A stretch of DNA of 24,000 nt from the NCBI GenBank assembly GCA_036501315.1, contig DASYAM010000010.1:11543-35542 (forward strand), given 5' to 3'. Below are positions 6,674 through 13,748 of the stretch, piece after piece (the stretch's first letter is position 1; each line of letters begins with the position of its first letter). Made by a program: the position numbers and the translations under genes. Below the pieces are notes generated by a model that saw only the letters and a program-made list of their open reading frames with translations, had not been told where the DNA came from and ran no database searches. This DNA is from Solirubrobacteraceae bacterium. GTDB taxonomy: Bacteria; Actinomycetota; Thermoleophilia; Solirubrobacterales; Solirubrobacteraceae.

Positions 6674-8059
6674 GTGCCAGCACCGACGCGCGTGCCGACG
6701 ATCCGCTCAGTGGCTACACCGCGTGAGAAGCAGTTGACCCTGCTCGCAGCCGTGCTTGGTACGAGCGTGGTGTTCCTCGACGCGACCGTAACCAGTGTCG
6801 CGTTGCCGGCGATTCGAGGCGACCTGGGTGGCGGTCTGGCGGGCCAGCAGTGGGTGACGAACGCGTACCTGCTGACGCTGGGGTCGCTGTTGTTGATGCG
6901 CCTGATCTTCCTGCTCAATGCGCCGCTCGTGCTCGTGACGGTGACGCTGATTGCTCGTGGCGTGCCGGGTGGCGCGAGCGCTGGCAGTGGCGGGCGTCTG
7001 GACTTTCTCGGGGCCTTCTTGGCGGCGGTCGCGCTCTCGGGTTCGGTGTTCGCCGTGACCGAGGAGCCGGCGCGCGGATGGAGCACCCTGGTGATCGGCT
7101 CGCTCGCGGTAGGGGTTCTGGGAGCGATCGCGTTTATTGTGCGCGAGGCACGAGCCCGAGGCCCGATGCTCCCGTTGAGCCTGTTTCGCGAGCGCAATTT
7201 CACGATCGGAAACGTAGCGACATTGACTGCCTACCTTGGGCTAGGGGGTGTGATCTTTCTACTGCCTGTGTTTCTGCAGGAGGTCAGCGACTACAGTCCC
7301 ATCCAGGCAGGGCTTGCCCTGCTGCCGGTCACCTCACTGATGATCGTGCTCTCCCGCCGCTTCGGCGCGCTCGCCGACCGCATTGGGTCGCGGGTGCCGA
7401 TAAGCCTCGGGGCGCTGATTGCTGGATTCGGCCTCTTGCTCTTGGCGCGTGTCGATCAGCGCGCTGATTACCTCAGCGAGGTTCTGCCGGGGCTGCTCGT
7501 GTTCGGGTTGGGGCTCGCGATGCTTGTCGCGCCGTTGACCGCCACGGTCCTTGGGGCAGTGGAGGAGGATCACGCAGGTGTCGCCGCCGCGGTGAATACG
7601 ACGCTCTCACGCGTCGCGCAGCTTTTCGCGGTCGCTGTGCTGGGAGCAGTCGTCTCTCTTGCGTTTGCCACTCGGGTCGACGCGACGCTACGACGGTCCA
7701 CGATCGATCCCGCCGGTCGCTCGGCGATCAGCCGCGCCAAGCGACAGCCCCTCGGTCCGGCGAGCTTGGTGGGAGTACGCTCCGGCGAGCGCCTTCTTCT
7801 GAGGGCGGCCTTCGACGATGCGGCGGTGCACGCCTTCCGCGTTGCGGACGCAATCGCGGCCGTACTCGTAGCGAGCGGCGGTCTCATTGCATTCGTCGGG
7901 ATCCGCAATCCCCGGCGCTCCGTGGCCGCCGAGCTATGTCCGGCCGGGGCGCTCTGCGGAGCTAGTCAAGAACTCGTCAATGCTCGCGAGGATCGATCCT
8001 CGGACCGGGGTTTCGTGAACCACGCGGTCGAAATTCCATCACCGAGGGTGGCCCCGTGA
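6674..8059 (+). CDS. MFS transporter, DHA2 (EmrB/QacA-like) family, with an apparent internal in-frame deletion
   Basis: Track ORF, GTG start. DHA2 blocks: FLDATVTSVALPAIRGDLGG...QWVTNAYLLTLG, RLIFLLNAP, LSLFRERNFTIGNVATLTAYLGLGGVIFLLPVFLQEV, LMIVLSRRFGALADRIG. The segment normally lying between TM2 and the WRxIFxINxP block is missing (see finding). Confidence 0.8.
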   Translation: MPAPTRVPTIRSVATPREKQLTLLAAVLGTSVVFLDATVTSVALPAIRGDLGGGLAGQQWVTNAYLLTLGSLLLMRLIFLLNAPLVLVTVTLIARGVPGGASAGSGGRLDFLGAFLAAVALSGSVFAVTEEPARGWSTLVIGSLAVGVLGAIAFIVREARARGPMLPLSLFRERNFTIGNVATLTAYLGLGGVIFLLPVFLQEVSDYSPIQAGLALLPVTSLMIVLSRRFGALADRIGSRVPISLGALIAGFGLLLLARVDQRADYLSEVLPGLLVFGLGLAMLVAPLTATVLGAVEEDHAGVAAAVNTTLSRVAQLFAVAVLGAVVSLAFATRVDATLRRSTIDPAGRSAISRAKRQPLGPASLVGVRSGERLLLRAAFDDAAVHAFRVADAIAAVLVASGGLIAFVGIRNPRRSVAAELCPAGALCGASQELVNAREDRSSDRGFVNHAVEIPSPRVAP

Positions 8060-8179
8060 GCGCGCCGCAGACTGTCATCTGGACCGCGCGTGTGTGCGGT
8101 CTTGCTCACACGCAAACGTCCAGTGGTACGCAGGTGGGCAAGGCCTATGAGTGCACCGCGACGTTGTCGGCGCGTAGCA

Positions 8180-8779
8180 TCACCAGCCGCCACTTGAACC
8201 TACCGCCAGTCCGCGGAAACCGCCAGTGCGGATATGACCAAGGTAGTATCGCTGCGAGGCGAAGTACTTTCGTGTGCCGCTGACTTCGTCGTTTGCGAGC
8301 ACCCCAACCCGTAGGTAGACCGCCGGTGTGGCCGATAGCAGCGCCTCAAGCGCGATCAATTCCTCGGCGTCGGGATCAATCTTGGCGACAGCGAGAAGGC
8401 GCGGGCTTGCGTCTCTCCACAAATGCGGACGCATGTCGATACGTATCACGCGGCTTACCTTCGGTCGCAATCGCATTACCCCGTCCGTCGCGGGATAAAG
8501 TTTGAGGATAGAGAAGGTCTTTGTCGCGGGCGCCTCTGCGTAGGAAATCAATTCGTTCCCCAGGTGCAGCGAGACAGAAAACGCTAGATCGACGGCGCCC
8601 CGTCTGCCGCGATTCAGAACCTTGAAGCGGTAGACGGCTTCGCCCTCGTGGGTCAGGCGGCTGATCGCCTCTCCGAACTCGAGCCGTGGCACCGCGAAAC
8701 GTAGCTGGATCCACCAAACGGCAAGGGCCACGATAAACGCGAGCGCCGCACCCAGGAGTAGGCCTCCCCAATCCATCAC
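8180..8779 (-). CDS. Hypothetical protein: N-terminal TM anchor plus a soluble, probably beta-rich domain
   Basis: Track ORF, 199 aa. GTG 8779 or ATG 8776 could be the start; no clear SD. One hydrophobic helix (LLLGAALAFIVALAVWWIQL). I recognise no family. GC is lower than the flanks (32/60 in 8461-8520). Confidence 0.55.
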   Translation of the reverse strand: MMDWGGLLLGAALAFIVALAVWWIQLRFAVPRLEFGEAISRLTHEGEAVYRFKVLNRGRRGAVDLAFSVSLHLGNELISYAEAPATKTFSILKLYPATDGVMRLRPKVSRVIRIDMRPHLWRDASPRLLAVAKIDPDAEELIALEALLSATPAVYLRVGVLANDEVSGTRKYFASQRYYLGHIRTGGFRGLAVGSSGGW

Positions 8780-8974
8780 GCCAGGTTACGCCAAATGGGT
8801 GCGTCGCACACTCGGCGATGGACGGCAAGTTGGGGCGCCCTCAGGATGTCCCTACGCCCGTTCTCAACGCCCAAGGCCGAGGAGCAGCGGCAGCGGCGGA
8901 AATCACTCAAGGGGCCTCGCACTGTATGCTCCACTATCCGAATTATCAATACTAGGCGATTTTGGGAGGCGAAA

Positions 8975-9280
8975 ATGGAGGGTAACACGGGGCTCGCAGA
9001 TAGCCACGGCTGGTTTCATCATCGTGAGCGAGATGGTGAGCATGACTTTGGTCTAGCAACTTTGCTTGAGCGGCTCAAGCGAGAACTTACCCAAGCGGCA
9101 ACTCATGACCGAGCCTCAGGTGGGACACAGCTAAAAGTCAAGGAATGCACCGTCGAACTTGGTCTTACCTGGACACTTGAGGGTGATGGGGACGTAAAAT
9201 TCTGGGTTCTCGATTTCACCGGCAAGGCTACTCGCGAGAACGCTCAGACGATCAAGGTAACGCTTGAGCCGGCAGCCTAG
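8975..9280 (+). CDS. Small (101 aa) trypco2-like protein (trypsin-co-occurring domain 2 type)
   Basis: Inner ATG of track ORF 8795..9280, with GGGAGG 7 nt upstream. The segment LATLLERLKRELTQAA...QLKVKECTVELGLTWTLEGDGDVKFWVLDFTGKATRENAQTIKVTLEP fits my recollection of the trypco2 pattern. That pattern is an N-terminal helix, then a strand-rich core ending FWV(L/V)(E/D)...G, then a basic or polar stretch and (I/V)x(L/V)TLxP. GC is about 48% (29/60 in both 8941-9000 and 9121-9180). Confidence 0.55.
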   Translation: MEGNTGLADSHGWFHHRERDGEHDFGLATLLERLKRELTQAATHDRASGGTQLKVKECTVELGLTWTLEGDGDVKFWVLDFTGKATRENAQTIKVTLEPAA

Positions 9281-9842
9281 AGATCGAACAGCTACCGAGC
9301 AGCCAGCGCAGCAGCACCAGCACCAGCACGATCGAGCGCCCGGTCATCCTTGTGTGAGCACGCGAGTCACCCTCAACGTTCCGCAACAGGATGTCGCAGT
9401 CGAAACCCGGTGGGTCTACCCACCTGTCGATGCGCTGCCAGAGCTCGCAACTGGTCCCTACCGGGCGACCCAGCATGACGCTTGGGATTGCCCCCAACTC
9501 GGGACACCCTTGATAGCCGGTCACAGCGGCGACCAGATGGGAGATCCCGAACCATGCCGGAACAAGCGATGCGGGCCACAACGCGATCGCTCCCGGCAAC
9601 CGGCGCGTACCCAACGCACCAGCAAAGACGAGGAACACAAGCCCAGCCATCGCACGAGAACGTCGAGCGGCACGAGCCATCGGAGCCTGCGACTCCACTA
9701 CGCCGCCGTCTTCCGAGCAACATCCGCCGCTAAGCAGGCCGCCCTCGGTCGCGGGGCGCGCGCCCGCGCATCCGCATGGATCGACAGCGCAGCTTGCACC
9801 ATCAGGGGCTGTCTCTGGGCGATTGGGTGGCGTTTCGGACAT
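9252..9842 (-). CDS. Cys-rich membrane protein (possible DUF2892/YgaP-like GxCP transmembrane module)
   Basis: Track ORF, 196 aa; AAGGGA RBS 7 nt upstream of ATG 9842. The N-terminal tail has CAVDPCGCAG and GGCCSEDGG. Two hydrophobic helices end in AAVTGYQGCPELGAIPS. A third helix (SIVLVLVLLRWLLGS) sits near the C-terminus. The 3' end overlaps the convergent trypco2-like gene by 29 nt. Confidence 0.55.
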   Translation of the reverse strand: MSETPPNRPETAPDGASCAVDPCGCAGARPATEGGLLSGGCCSEDGGVVESQAPMARAARRSRAMAGLVFLVFAGALGTRRLPGAIALWPASLVPAWFGISHLVAAVTGYQGCPELGAIPSVMLGRPVGTSCELWQRIDRWVDPPGFDCDILLRNVEGDSRAHTRMTGRSIVLVLVLLRWLLGSCSISRLPAQALP

Positions 9843-9862
9843 GCGTATTCCCTTTCATCGTT

Positions 9863-9896
9863 GTGATCACGATAAGGTCTACAACTTCAAGTAGGC
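9863..9896. promoter_or_regulatory. Candidate MerR operator region in the 63-bp divergent spacer
   Basis: Perfect 8-bp palindrome GTGATCAC (9863-9870), plus the dyad GTCTAC-N8-GTAGGC (9877-9896; CTAC-N8-GTAG is perfect). On the minus strand the dyad is bracketed by TTAAAG and TATCGT hexamers about 20-21 bp apart. This resembles the long-spacer MerR/CueR promoter layout. Confidence 0.35.
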
Positions 9897-9905
9897 TTTA
9901 AGTCA

Positions 9906-10343
9906 ATGCCGACACGCAACGACAACCTGACAATCGGAGAAGTCGCCCGTCAGGCGGGAGTGCCGGCCTCAACGCTTCGCTACTGGGAGAGCGCGGGACT
10001 GTTGACGGCGCCAGGGCGTGTCAGCGGTAAGCGCCGCTACGACCCGCAGACCCTCCGACAGATATCGCTGATCGTCTTGATCAAGCGCGCCGGATTCACG
10101 CTGGCCGAGACGCGCATCGTTCTCTCCGGCCTCTCCGACAGGACACCACCACCTGATATCTGGCGCAAGCTGGCCAAACGCAAGCTACCCGAGATCAAGC
10201 AAACGCTTGCCGAGGCTAGAGCAATGAAGAAGATCCTCGAAGAGGGCCTTCGCTGCGACTGTCTGACACTTGATGACTGCCTACGTCAAGGCGGGTCGCG
10301 GACCGCAGCGCACAGGCCTGTATCGATGTCGGCACAGAAGTAA
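9906..10343 (+). CDS. MerR-family transcriptional regulator, SoxR-like C-terminal Cys motif
   Basis: Track ORF, 145 aa. N-terminal MerR HTH: LTIGEVARQAGVPASTLRYWESAGLL...GKRRY. A coiled-coil dimerisation helix follows, then RCDCLTLDDC (C117, C119, C125). Confidence 0.9.
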   Translation: MPTRNDNLTIGEVARQAGVPASTLRYWESAGLLTAPGRVSGKRRYDPQTLRQISLIVLIKRAGFTLAETRIVLSGLSDRTPPPDIWRKLAKRKLPEIKQTLAEARAMKKILEEGLRCDCLTLDDCLRQGGSRTAAHRPVSMSAQK

Positions 10344-10619
10344 CCAACCTTCACGCAGCTCCCCGCCGGCCGCTCGGGACGGAACGCCACGATCACGCGA
10401 CCCATCTTGGATGGCCTCCTCGATTTGGCCTCGCAGTCGGCCAGCGAGATTGCGGCTGATCACGTCGATGATTGCCTTGCGGCCATCGCAGAGCTGCCCG
10501 TCCTCGACTCCATACCACTGCGCATCGGGCGCCAGCGCTTCACCCAAGACCTCCGGGCCACCTTCGATCATGGCCTCCCCCGCCCGGCGCACGACCTCGA
10601 TCTCGGGACTCTCGCCCAT
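10281..10619 (-). CDS. NTF2/SnoaL-like small protein, 3' part possibly frameshifted
   Basis: Inner ATG 10619 of track ORF 10281..10904(-). The product MGESPEIEVVRRAGEAMIEGGPEVLGEALAPDAQWYGVEDGQLCDGRKAIIDVISRNLAGRLRGQIEEAIQDGSR is SnoaL-like. Upstream codons of the track ORF run through the tRNA gene and are rejected. Downstream of about 10400 a different frame looks more coding (see finding). Confidence 0.5.
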   Translation of the reverse strand: MGESPEIEVVRRAGEAMIEGGPEVLGEALAPDAQWYGVEDGQLCDGRKAIIDVISRNLAGRLRGQIEEAIQDGSRDRGVPSRAAGGELREGWLLLCRHRYRPVRCGPRPALT

Positions 10620-10809
10620 AACCGTGATTGTCGCGCATCCACTCGCCGGAGGCTGCGGTCCCTTTGCGGTCCGTTTTGGCTCTCCCTGGCGGTCCGTTTG
10701 AGATCTCCAGCCCAACGAACAGCCGCGATCACGAGCGGATTCCGTCCCGCGAGGCCCAGCGTTTTCGGGGGTTTCGCCCGTTCGCTGGTCTCCGCGGTTC
10801 ACTAACCAA

Positions 10810-10883
10810 TCGGGGCGCCCGGATTCGAACCGGGGACCTCGCCGACCCGAACGGCGCGCGCTACCAGGCTGCGCCACGCCCCG
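10810..10883 (-). tRNA. tRNA-Pro (anticodon CGG), 74 nt, CCA not encoded
   Basis: Folded by hand from CGGGGCGTGGCGCAGCCTGGTAGCGCGCGCCGTTCGGGTCGGCGAGGTCCCCGGTTCGAATCCGGGCGCCCCGA. It has a 7-bp acceptor stem (CGGGGCG/CGCCCCG) and a 4-bp D stem (GCGC/GCGC) with the GG loop. The 5-bp anticodon stem (CGCCG/CGGCG) carries loop TTCGGGT, giving anticodon CGG. The T arm is CCCGG-TTCGAAT-CCGGG and the discriminator is A. Confidence 0.95.
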
Positions 10884-10931
10884 ACGCAGAGACCAGTATC
10901 CCACACCGCCCGCTATCGTCGCCCGACGCCC

Positions 10932-11705
10932 ATGTCGACGACGACGACCGCAACGTCGGAGATCCTCACAGAGCTCGACCGGCTGCTGGAGCCGGCGCGG
11001 TTCGACGACTACTGTCCCAACGGCCTGCAGGTGCCAGGTGCGGCGCAGGTATCGACCATCGCAACCGGCGTAAGCGCGAGCGTGGAGCTGTTCGAGCTAG
11101 CCGCCGCCGAGCGGGCCGAGCTGCTGATCGTCCATCACGGCATCTTCTGGGGACCCTCCCCCGGCCCTGTAGACGCCCCGCTGAAGCGCCGGCTGCAGAC
11201 CCTCTTCGATGCGGACATCGCCCTCGCGGCTTACCACCTGCCACTCGACGCGCATCCGCAGATCGGAAACAACGCGCTGCTCGCACGCGCGCTCGGAGCG
11301 GAGCCGATCGAGCCGTTCGCGCTGCACCACGGCGAGCCGATCGGCTGCCTCGCGCGCCTGCCCGGCGACGGCATGGACGCAAGCGAGCTCTTCGCGCGCG
11401 TGCGCGAGGCAACGTCGAGAGAGCCACTGGTGTTCGACGCCGGACCCGCGCTCGTGCGCACCCTCGCGATCGTCACCGGCGCGGGCGCCGACTACTTCGC
11501 CGAGGCCGCCGCGGCCGGCGCCGGCGCGCTCCTCACAGGCGAGCCGGCGGAGCGCGTGATGGCGCAGGCGCGCGAGACCGGCCTGCACTTCATCGCCGCA
11601 GGCCACTACGCCACAGAGACATTTGGCGTGAAGCGCCTCGGCGAGCACCTGGCCGAGCGTTTCTCCGTGCGCCACGTGTTCATCGACGTGCCGAACCCGG
11701 TGTGA
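10932..11705 (+). CDS. Nif3-like dinuclear metal centre protein (YbgI / GTP cyclohydrolase 1 type 2 homologue)
   Basis: Track ORF, 257 aa. Family blocks: DYCPNGLQV, LLIVHHGIFW, AAYHLPLDAHPQIGNN, AAGHYATETFG. Confidence 0.9.
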   Translation: MSTTTTATSEILTELDRLLEPARFDDYCPNGLQVPGAAQVSTIATGVSASVELFELAAAERAELLIVHHGIFWGPSPGPVDAPLKRRLQTLFDADIALAAYHLPLDAHPQIGNNALLARALGAEPIEPFALHHGEPIGCLARLPGDGMDASELFARVREATSREPLVFDAGPALVRTLAIVTGAGADYFAEAAAAGAGALLTGEPAERVMAQARETGLHFIAAGHYATETFGVKRLGEHLAERFSVRHVFIDVPNPV

Positions 11706-11834
11706 GTTGGGCTCGACCGGCGTAGAGAGGACGGTCCCTCTCGGATTGGGATCGACCGGCCGGCGTCGGGTCCGTGCCGGCAACGCCGGAGCGCCATTCA
11801 GGGCTCCGCTCCGCGCGCCTGAGACCCGCGCAAA

Positions 11835-11863
11835 TTGCGCTGGTAAGACCGGAGCACTAAGAT
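11835..11863 (+). promoter_or_regulatory. Candidate housekeeping-sigma promoter for the acyl-CoA ligase gene
   Basis: TTGCGC (11835-11840), a 17-nt spacer, then TAAGAT (11858-11863), about 48 nt upstream of ATG 11911. Sequence match only. Confidence 0.3.
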
Positions 11864-11910
11864 TTGCCGGTCGGGTTCCGCACGATCGATTGAGGAGGAG
11901 TGCTGCTGTC

Positions 11911-13713
11911 ATGGAGGCCACCGCTACGGCGTCGCAGACGATCGCCGACCTGATCCCGAATGCAGCAGCAGCGCATGCGGAGCGAATCGCGATCCGCTTC
12001 AAGCACGACGGCGCCTGGCAGGACGTGACCTACGCTCAGCTCGCGGAGATCGTGCAGGAGATCGCCCTCGGGCTGATCGACCTCGGAATCGAGTCGGGCG
12101 AGCGCGTATGCATCCTTGCCAACACCCGCCCGGAGTGGTCCTACGCCGACCTTGCCGCAACCTCGGTCGGCACGGTGGTCGTGCCGATCTACCAGACCAA
12201 CTCGCCGGAGGAGTGCTTGTGGGTGATCTCGGACTCCGACGCCTGCGCGATCGTCTGCGAGAACGCCTCCCAACTAGCCAAGGTCGCCGCGGTGCGCGAG
12301 CGGCTCCCGCACCTGCGCACCGTGATCGTGATCGACCCACCGTCCGCCGAGGAGACGACGCCGGAGATCGCGGCGCTCGAGGCGATCTCGCTCGAGGACG
12401 TTCGCAGCCGTGGACGCTCGCGAACGAGCGAGGAGCTCGAGGCACGCCGTGGGGCGGTGCGCCCCGAGGATCCTTACACGTTCATCTACACGTCCGGCAC
12501 CACCGGGCCACCGAAGGGTTGCGTGCTCTCGCATGGCAACTACCGCGCGATCGTCGATATGGTCGAGCGGCGTGCCAGCCTCGACGCCGAGGCCAGCGAC
12601 GTCGTCTACCTATACCTGCCGCTCGCCCATTCGTTTGCGCTGCTGTTGCAGCTGATCGTGTTCGATCTCGGTGTCACGATGGCTTATTTTGGCGGCGACA
12701 CCAAGCAGATCATCGGCGAGCTCGCGGAGGTCAAACCCACCTACCTGCCTTCGGTGCCGCGCATCTTCGAGAAGATCTACACGCTCGTATCCGCAAACGG
12801 TGACGCCGAGGAGTTGGCCGGGGCGGTCCGGGTGGGCATGCAGGTGCGTGAGCTGCAACGCTCGGGGAAGCCGATCCCCGCCGAGCTGCAGAGCCAGTTC
12901 GACGAGGCCGACGAGCGGCTGTTCAAAAACGTGCGCGCGGCTTTCGGCGGTCGGTTGCGCGAGGCCGTCAGCGGCGCCGCGCCGATCGCCAAGGAGATCC
13001 TCGAATTCTTCTACGCCTGCGGCGTGCCCGTGATGGAGGGCTACGGCATGACCGAGACGGCCACGGCCGCGACCGCGTGCAGCCCGAACGATCACCGTTT
13101 CGGCAGCGTCGGCAAGCCACTACCGGGCGTCGAGGTGAGGATCGCCGAGGACGACGAGCTGCTGATCAAAGGCCCGAACATCTTTCAGGGCTACCACAAC
13201 AACGCCGACGCGTCGTTCGGCGCGGTCGAGGACGGCTGGCTACATACCGGCGATCTCGGGCGCATCGACGAGGACGGCTTCGTTTACATCATCGGGCGCA
13301 AGAAGGACATCATCATCACCGCGGGCGGCAAGAACTTGACGCCGGCCAACATGGAGAACGACCTGAAGCAGTGTCGCTGGATCTCTCAGGCGGTAATGCA
13401 TGGCGATCAGCGTCCCTTCCCGGTCGCGCTGGTGACTCTCGACGAGGAGGAGATACCGGCATACGCGCGCGAGCACGGTCTGCCCGAGGACATCCCCTCG
13501 CTCGCTCGTGAGCCACAGGTCAGGGCCCTGATCCAGGAGGCGCTTGACCGCGCGAACGCGAAATACGCGCAGGTCGAGCAGGTCAAGAAGTTCGCGATCC
13601 TCGACCACGACTTGTCGCAGGAGACGGGCGAGCTGACGCCGACGCTGAAGGTCAAGCGCAACGTCGTCAACGAGAAGTACGCCGACGTGCTCGACTCGCT
13701 TTACGCCGCATAG
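11911..13713 (+). CDS. Long-chain fatty-acid--CoA ligase (AMP-forming, FadD15-like)
   Basis: Track ORF 11707..13713. Start moved to ATG 11911 (MEATATASQ), which has GAGGAGGAG at 11892-11900. Family blocks: YTSGTTGPPKGCVLSHGN, GYGMTET, TGDLGRIDEDGFVYIIGRKKDIIITAGGKN, and a C-terminal ELTPTLKVKR. Confidence 0.9.
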   Translation: MEATATASQTIADLIPNAAAAHAERIAIRFKHDGAWQDVTYAQLAEIVQEIALGLIDLGIESGERVCILANTRPEWSYADLAATSVGTVVVPIYQTNSPEECLWVISDSDACAIVCENASQLAKVAAVRERLPHLRTVIVIDPPSAEETTPEIAALEAISLEDVRSRGRSRTSEELEARRGAVRPEDPYTFIYTSGTTGPPKGCVLSHGNYRAIVDMVERRASLDAEASDVVYLYLPLAHSFALLLQLIVFDLGVTMAYFGGDTKQIIGELAEVKPTYLPSVPRIFEKIYTLVSANGDAEELAGAVRVGMQVRELQRSGKPIPAELQSQFDEADERLFKNVRAAFGGRLREAVSGAAPIAKEILEFFYACGVPVMEGYGMTETATAATACSPNDHRFGSVGKPLPGVEVRIAEDDELLIKGPNIFQGYHNNADASFGAVEDGWLHTGDLGRIDEDGFVYIIGRKKDIIITAGGKNLTPANMENDLKQCRWISQAVMHGDQRPFPVALVTLDEEEIPAYAREHGLPEDIPSLAREPQVRALIQEALDRANAKYAQVEQVKKFAILDHDLSQETGELTPTLKVKRNVVNEKYADVLDSLYAA

Positions 13714-13748
13714 CGTGCGTTCGCGTCCCGAGCTGCGAACATAGACAG

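Noticed and set aside
8832-8840. GGGGCGCCC, a 9-nt match to the tRNA-Pro 3' acceptor/T-arm region (10812-10820), as a possible distal att site
   Set aside because: Nine GC-only bases have a sizeable chance of matching somewhere in about 2.7 kb of GC-rich DNA. The match does not extend, and it would leave the equally low-GC 8180-8779 gene outside the element.
10628-12002. 365-aa plus ORF (10628..11725), 301-aa minus ORF (11097..12002) and nested ORFs over Nif3
   Set aside because: They are extremely Arg/Ala-rich. One runs across the tRNA-Pro gene. The Nif3 frame has unambiguous family motifs.
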